Positions 54,467-64,000 of a stretch of DNA of 64,000 nt are shown here, one piece after another. The notes beneath the pieces were generated by a model. That model was given only the letters and a program-made list of their open reading frames with translations. It ran no database searches and had not been told where the DNA came from. The DNA is from Dictyostelium discoideum (Eukaryota), in contig CM000151.3 of assembly GCA_000004695.1 (NCBI GenBank), positions 5,536,001 through 5,600,000 of the forward strand, written 5' to 3'. The translations under genes were made by a program, and so were the position numbers. Position 1 is the first letter of the stretch. The number at the start of each line of letters is the position of its first letter.

Positions 54467-57400
54467 TTATTGAAGTAAATTTAATTTTAATTTTTTACTA
54501 TCAAATGATTTTTCTAAATTAAAAACTTGATCAAATTCACTTTGGACACTAATATCATGATCGATTACAACTACAGAATCTTTTTCTTGTAAATTTCTAA
54601 GAAGATCACAAATGATTGGTTTAACGGAAGAATCTAAATGGTTTGTGAGTTCATCGATGATAATTGTTGTTATTCTTGAACCTGAATGGTTGAAAACCAC
54701 TTCACTTAGAGCAAAAGGGCTATAAGATAATTCTACACAACGTCTTTGACCACCACTTAATTGATAAAATGATCTTGGTACTAATGTACCATCCTTTGAA
54801 GATAATTCAAATACTTCTAAAGATAACTCCTCTTGATTATCGATTGAGAGTTTTGTAAATAATTTACCCTTTGATAATATTGAAAGGAATTGATTTGCAT
54901 AGGTTTCAACTTGTTCAATTACATTTAACAATACCATCAATGGTAAACCACTAGCACTGAAACCTGTCTCCCAGAATTGGTAATTCAATAATTGAGATTG
55001 AACATCTTTAAATAAAGATTCATTCAATTCAATTGAATTCATTAGTTTTTCAATATTTTGTTGTTTCTCTTTAATCTTTTCATTAAATGGATTTAAAGAT
55101 TGTTCCAATTGTAAAATTTGATTTTTTCTATTACCAATTGAGTCTTTTAAATAACCTAAATTAATTTCAATCTTTGAATAATCTTGAATTTGTTTATTTA
55201 AAAATTGTAATTCAATTTGTTTATCTTTTAACTCTAATTGAATCTTTAATTTCCTTTCATCAATTAATTTCTTTTCATTTTCAAATTCAATTTTCAATTG
55301 ATTTTCTTTATTTTCAAATTCTTTAATTTCATTTTGAAATTTTTCAGATTTAATTTTTAAATTTTCAATTTTATCTTTAATATTATTAGTTTCATTTTCA
55401 TCATTATTATTAATTAAAGTTTGACCACATTGACTACATTTATTCTCAATTAAATGCTTATTTAAATGGTTAATTGTATCTGTTAAATTTTTAAATTCAA
55501 ATTGATTTTGTTTAATTCCATATTTTAAATTTGTTAAATTTTCATTAAATTTAATTGATAATCTAGTTGAATCACGTTGAATTATTTCCTTTTCATTTTC
55601 TAATGATCTAATTAATTTTTGAATTTCATTAATTTTATCTTTTGTAATATTTAAATTATTATTTTCTTTATTATCTTCATGATTATAGATAATTAAAGTA
55701 TTATTTAAATTTTGAAAATTAATTAAATCTTTTTCTAATTGTTGATTTAAAATTGATAAATTTGTTGATTTTTCATTTAACCAATCTAAAGATTGTTTTT
55801 GAAAATCAATTGACGACCAAGTTGATAATGAAGATTTTTCATTTGAAATTAATTTTTCAAGATTATCTAATTCTGATTTTTTCTTTTTTCTCAATTCTTT
55901 TGATAATTTTGCAGCAGGTATACAAGTACCTAATGAAAATATACGTGATAATAATTCTTTTCTACGTTTATCAGTATCAGTTACAAAATTTGAAATTGAA
56001 CCTTGACCTAAATAAATACTCATTCTAAAGCAATCATAATCTAAACCGATTATATTGTTAATCAATGACTGTTGATCTAAAACACCCTGTTTAAAATTAT
56101 CATTATCCTCATCTAAACCATTGATAACAATTTTTGAACCGGATTTCCTAGTTTTGGATCTCACGATTTCAATAGATTTACAATCATCAATTAATAATTC
56201 AACTTTAACAGATGCCTGTTTAGATTGATCATTTATAACCTCATCACCTTTAATACTTGAACTTGAAGTTGACTGTTTCTTTGGAGAAGTATTACCATAT
56301 AAACACCACACCAATGCTTCGAATATTGTTGATTTACCAGACCCCATTTCACCTCTAATCATAATCATTCTATTTATCATCTCTTGTTGATCAACATCCA
56401 TTGATAAATTTAATTCTAATTCACCACCTAATCCACAAAAATCTTTAATTGTAATCTTTTGAATTTTAACTTTTCTACCCATAGGTACAATGGTTGGCTC
56501 ATTCACCATTGATAATATCTCTTTACCTAAATATAATAATTTCTTTTTCGATTCATTTTCTTCAACTAAAAAATTTCTTTCAATTTGTTGATCAATATAA
56601 TTTTCTAAAAAATCTTCCAATTTAAATTTAATTGGTGTTATTGTCGTTGTTGTTGTTATTTTATTATCATTTAAATTTTCATTTGTTTTAAAAAGTTGTT
56701 TTTTTATTGAATTTTCATTGATCATAACTCTTCTTAAATCAATGAATGGTGGTAAAGAATTAATTGAATCAATATAATCTTTTGATTTCATATTATCTAA
56801 AGTTGATTGAACTTCAACAATATCTTTTGATTTAACTAATGAAGTTTTACTTGACTCAAATGGAAAATATAATTTATGATGACGTGGTAAATCATTGAAA
56901 TCAATAAATCTTGGTTTAATTTCATTTGAATCAACAAATGCAACGCCATGTGGATCATTCATCTCTCCAAAATTTTGTTCATATGGACTGCCAATATACC
57001 AAAAATTATTTGAAATTTGTTGACGTTTATGATAATGTCCTAAATAACATGATCTAATATTATTACTACTACTACTATTATTATTATTTTCATTATTATT
57101 TTCAATTATTAAATCTTCAATTTGAAATTTACCATGTGATTTATAACCACCATTTGAAATCGCACCTTTAATTTCGGCATGTGCAAAAACAGTCCATTTA
57201 TTATGAATTGATGAATCAATATTTGGTTTAATAGTTGATAAATTTGTAAATAATTGTTTTTGTTCTTCTTTTTGTTCTCTCCATGGTAAATATGCAAAAC
57301 CATTATCATAATCAATGATTGGATCAGTTGCAACTTTAAAATTTGGAAATAGGGAAAACATTTGAATAGCATGTACACTACCATCAATAGAAACTTGATC

Positions 57401-57683
57401 ATGATTACCTGGTATGAATATGGTTTCAATATTACATCTCTTCCATTGTTCAAATTCTTTTAATAATTGATCAATATGTCTAACATGAAGTATATTACGT
57501 TGATGCCAAAAATCACCTAAAAATATAACTGGTGTTGGTCCAATATTACTATCAATATTACCATTATTATTATTATTAATTGATTCTAAACAACTTAATT
57601 CTCTAACTTTTTTTAAAACGTCAATAGTTCTATCTAATGATTTTGATGATACATGTAAATCTGTAAATAATAATCTTTTCCAA

Positions 57684-57726
<43 letters not shown>

Positions 57727-57823
57727 CTCTACTATTAGTATTACTAAAACCCCTTTTTATTTCATTTTCTATTCTTCTTAGATTAATTTTATTATTTTTT
57801 ATTAATAAATTATTAATCATCAT
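54467..57823 (-). CDS. single-polypeptide fusion of an Mre11/SbcD-type metallophosphoesterase (N-terminal ~330 aa) and a Rad50/SbcC-type ABC ATPase with a long coiled coil (C-terminal ~750 aa), 1118 aa
   Basis: Phosphoesterase motifs occur in order: LLFTDLHVS (D-x-H), IFLGDFWHQRN (GD-x-x-H), IFIPGNHDQ (GNHD), FAHAEIKG (H), CYLGHYHKRQ (GH-x-H). The ATPase head has a Walker A IRGEMGSGKSTIFEALVWCLYG. A ~450-aa heptad-rich coiled coil follows. The tail has the ABC signature QLSGGQRR, Walker B TIIIDELTNHLD and H-loop VVIDHD. Uninterrupted ORF. The ATG is genuine (57821-57823, MM...). Confidence 0.7.
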
Positions 57824-58067
57824 TAATTAAATTAAATAAAAAAATAAAAAAATAGAATAGTTAAAATTAATGAAAAAAAAAAAAAAAAAAAAATTAAAAA
57901 ACGAATTTAAAATTAAAAAAAAAAAAAAAAAAAAAATATTAAAAAAATATTTAATTAAATTTAAAAATATCGTAACCTTTTGGTTATTTAAATAATATAC
58001 AAGTTTTTATTTTAAATGGTTTTTTTTTTTTTTTTTCACCTTTTTAAAATTATTATAGTTTTACACA

Positions 58068-58129
<62 letters not shown>

Positions 58130-58154
58130 ATAATTTATATATGTAATAATAAAT

Positions 58155-58499
58155 TTATAAATCGTCAATTGTGAATATTAAAAATAATTCTTCACTATTT
58201 TTTTTTTCTAAAAATTTCTTTTGTTTTTGTTGAACTATATTTTTTGAAGATGATCTTTTAAGTGGTGAATTCATTTGTTTGGAATTTGATAATTCATTTG
58301 TTACATATCTCTTTTCGTTACCAATTATATTATTATTGCTATTAATATTTTCATTTTTAATTGTATTATAAATATTTATATGGGTTGGGTATTGTTGTTG
58401 TTGTTGTTGTTGTTGCTGTTGTTGTTGATTTTTATTACATTGAATTTTTTCATTTATTTTGTCATGGCTTTTAATTTTAAAATTTAATAGGAATGTCAT
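58155..58499 (-). CDS. small hypothetical protein (114 aa) with a short poly-Q
   Basis: ORF from a genuine ATG (58497-58499), basic and Ser-rich. Confidence 0.3.
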   Translation of the reverse strand: MTFLLNFKIKSHDKINEKIQCNKNQQQQQQQQQQQQYPTHINIYNTIKNENINSNNNIIGNEKRYVTNELSNSKQMNSPLKRSSSKNIVQQKQKKFLEKKNSEELFLIFTIDDL

Positions 58500-59194
58500 T
58501 TTATATTTTCATAAACAAAACATAAAAATTGATTTTTTTTTTATATTATTTATTTATTAATTTATTTTTTTATATTTATTATTAAATTCGATTTTTAAAT
58601 ATATGTGCCTAATTTTCTTTTTTTTTATTAAATTTAAAAATTAATTAATATGAATTTTCTTTTTAATTTTTTAATTTAATTTTAATTTAATTTTTATTAA
58701 AAAAAAAAAAAAAAAAATGGTTTTGATCATTTGGATTTTTTTATGAAAAAAAAAATACTTTCAAAACTATTTCAGAATTCTTGGTATGGTGGGACTAAAA
58801 AATATTGTGTATAAAAAAAAAAAAAAGTTTTTAAAAAAAAAAAAATTTAAAAATTAAAAAAACCACGGAGGGGGTGGTAGTTTAAGCAATAATGTGAATG
58901 TTGGTGTTGGTTGTTTAAAATTAAATTATCTAAAAAACAATTAAACCGAACAAATACAATTATGCTCAATTTTTACACTTTTATATATTGTACGTTTATG
59001 AGTGCTTTTTTTTTTTACTTATATATATTGTACGTTTATGAGTGCTTTTTTTTTTTTTTTTTTTTTTTTGATAATTTTTTATTTTTTATTTTTTATTTTT
59101 TTTTGTTGGTATTATTATTATTATTTAATTTTTTTTTTTTTTAAATACTTGTTTTATTTAATTTTTTTTTTTTTTTTTTCTTTGTCTCGTTTGC

Positions 59195-59237
<43 letters not shown>

Positions 59238-59267
59238 TACTAATTTTATTTTTTTAACCCTTTTTTC

Positions 59268-60116
<849 letters not shown>

Positions 60117-60131
60117 AATAAAAAAATTAAA

Positions 60132-60167
<36 letters not shown>

Positions 60168-60190
60168 ATATATATATATACGCTTTAGGT

Positions 60191-60243
60191 ATTTTATTTT
60201 ATTTTATTTTATTTTATTTTATTTTATTTTATTTTATTTTATT
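60191..60243. repeat. (ATTTT)n pentanucleotide microsatellite (~10 units) in the intergenic region
   Basis: attttattttattttattttattttattttattttattttattttatt. Confidence 0.85.
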
Positions 60244-60337
60244 ACTTTATTTTATTTTTTATTTTTATTTTATATTTTATTACTTTTTTTATTACTATTA
60301 TTATTATTTTTATTATTATTTTTTTTTTTTTTTTTTT

Positions 60338-62536
<2,199 letters not shown>

Positions 62537-62756
62537 AACACGTTGTGTCTCTTCTGTTAATCTAGATTTAATCTCTTTCAATATCTCTAAATTCTCTGGT
62601 CTTTTACTTTCTTCATTTCCACTTAAATCTTTATAAACTGGTAATAATGATTTTACTTATTTTAAAAAATATTGAAAAAAGAGAAATATATTAAAAAAAA
62701 ATTAATAAATAATTATATAAAAGTTTTGTTTTTTTTTTTTTTTTTTTTTTACTTAC

Positions 62757-62865
62757 AAATTGTTGCAGCTTTATTTAAATCGGATGGAGTGTTACTGTCA
62801 ACTAAACTGTGAACTTGATTTAATTGTTCTTGTACCTCTGCAAATTGGGCTCTTACAGACGACAT
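62757..62865 (-). CDS. candidate 5' coding exon (MSSVRAQFAEVQEQLNQVHSLVDSNTPSDLNKAATI + GTAAGT donor), possibly exon 1 of the PH-domain gene
   Basis: It starts with a clean ATG (62865-62863), has non-repetitive coding-like composition, and ends with a canonical GTAAGT at 62756-62751. The downstream acceptor (ccag at 62639) gives ...FYKDLSGNEESKRPENLEIFERD*, which is +1 out of frame relative to the PH ORF at a TTT run (62581-62583). Confidence 0.35.
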
Positions 62866-63457
62866 TTGTTTTTTGGGGTAAACTAAAGACTTTGTTTAGT
62901 TTTTTTTTTTTTTTTTTTTTTAAATGAAAGTATGTGGATATTTTTAAAAAAAAAAAAAAAACTTTTTTTAAAAAAATAATTCAATTTTTTAGGTTTTTTT
63001 GGTTTTTTTAAAAAAATAATTTAAAAAATAAAAAAAAAAAAAAAAAAAAAAACTAAATATCTGGATAAGAGATAATGACATCACCCAATTTGACCAGGGG
63101 GTGGGAACAATCAAAAATAATAATAATAATAATAAACAAAAAAAAAATAAATAAATAAAAATAATAATAATAATAATAATAAAATAATAACAGTAATAAA
63201 ACAATATAATAAATAAATAAGTAATTGCTTATTTAAAACCTTTTTTTTAGAAAAAAAAAATATAAAAAAAATAAAATAAAAAAAATAAAGTAACGCAATT
63301 ATTTATTTATTTTCGAAACTATTTTATTTTTATTTTTATTTTTATTTTTTTTTTTAGTTTTTATCTTGATTATTTATTTATTTTCTTATTAATTATTTTA
63401 TTTTATTTTTAATCATATATTTATTTATTTTATTATTTTTTAATTTATTTTTTTCGT

Positions 63458-63508
<51 letters not shown>

Positions 63509-64000
63509 GGATGTTGATTTTTATGATTTAATTTTAAAAATAGTTTAAAGATAAATCACAACACTAAAAGTGATCATAATCTTTTTTTTTTTTTTTCTTT
63601 TGTTCACCTAAATTTTTTTTTTCCAACACTTTTTTTTTTTTTTTTTTTATTTATTTTTTATTTATTTTTAAATTAATTTTGGCATAGTCCCCATTTCCTT
63701 TTTTAAAAAAAAATAAAAAAAATAAAAAATTGATAAATTTTTTTTTTTTTTTTTTGTAAAAAATTATTTTAATTCACAAAGTTTTTAAATGAAGAGTTCT
63801 GTTGGGATGGGACAGTGTCATTTTATTGAAAAATATCAAAAAAAAAAAAAATAAAATAAAATAAAAAAAAAAAACAATAAACAATTTAAAAATTTTTATT
63901 TGAATTCTAAAAAACGTTTTTAAGCCATTGATTTTATTTGAAAATTTGATTTATTTTTTTTAATTTTTTTTTTCAAATTTTTTTTTTTCTTTTTTTTTTT

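Overview
This 64 kb window is very AT-rich nuclear DNA with all the hallmarks of Dictyostelium discoideum (or a close dictyostelid). The signs are long (CAA)n/(AAT)n trinucleotide arrays encoding poly-Q/poly-N inside otherwise ordinary proteins, homopolymer A/T intergenic tracts, and short AT-rich introns with GTAAGT/GTATGT donors and ...AG acceptors. There are also tiny first exons, down to a bare ATG. The supplied ORF track translates alternative start codons (TTG/GTG) as M, so several track starts are not real ATGs; I re-derived starts and splice junctions by hand. Coordinates may be off by a few nucleotides.

I can support about 33 protein-coding genes. Recognisable products are: an NRAMP metal transporter; a cluster of five intact plus one truncated hssA/2C/7E-family small Gly/Ser-rich genes (13-nt first exon ATGACAAT(A/C)(A/C)T(A/T)G, ...CGCN C-terminus); a ZNF598/Hel2-like RING E3; a PEBP; a BBE-like FAD oxidase; a mitochondrial ribosomal protein L49/Img2 homologue; a DUF900-type alpha/beta hydrolase fused to a multi-TM N-terminus; a nitronate monooxygenase; a FNIP-repeat protein; a divergent TCP-1/cpn60-like chaperonin; a tandem-WWE protein; an LTV1 ribosome-biogenesis factor; an ArfGAP; a PA14-domain/mucin-like secreted protein; a Cys-rich tandem-repeat secreted protein; a PH-domain coiled-coil protein; and a single-polypeptide Mre11/SbcD-phosphoesterase plus Rad50/SbcC-ATPase fusion (54467-57823). 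The fusion is the most unusual gene in the window.

The gene desert at 20.6-25.3 kb carries two copies of a ~0.78 kb dispersed repeat plus a degenerate third copy, and a 15-bp perfect inverted repeat. I found no rRNA, tRNA or CRISPR arrays.
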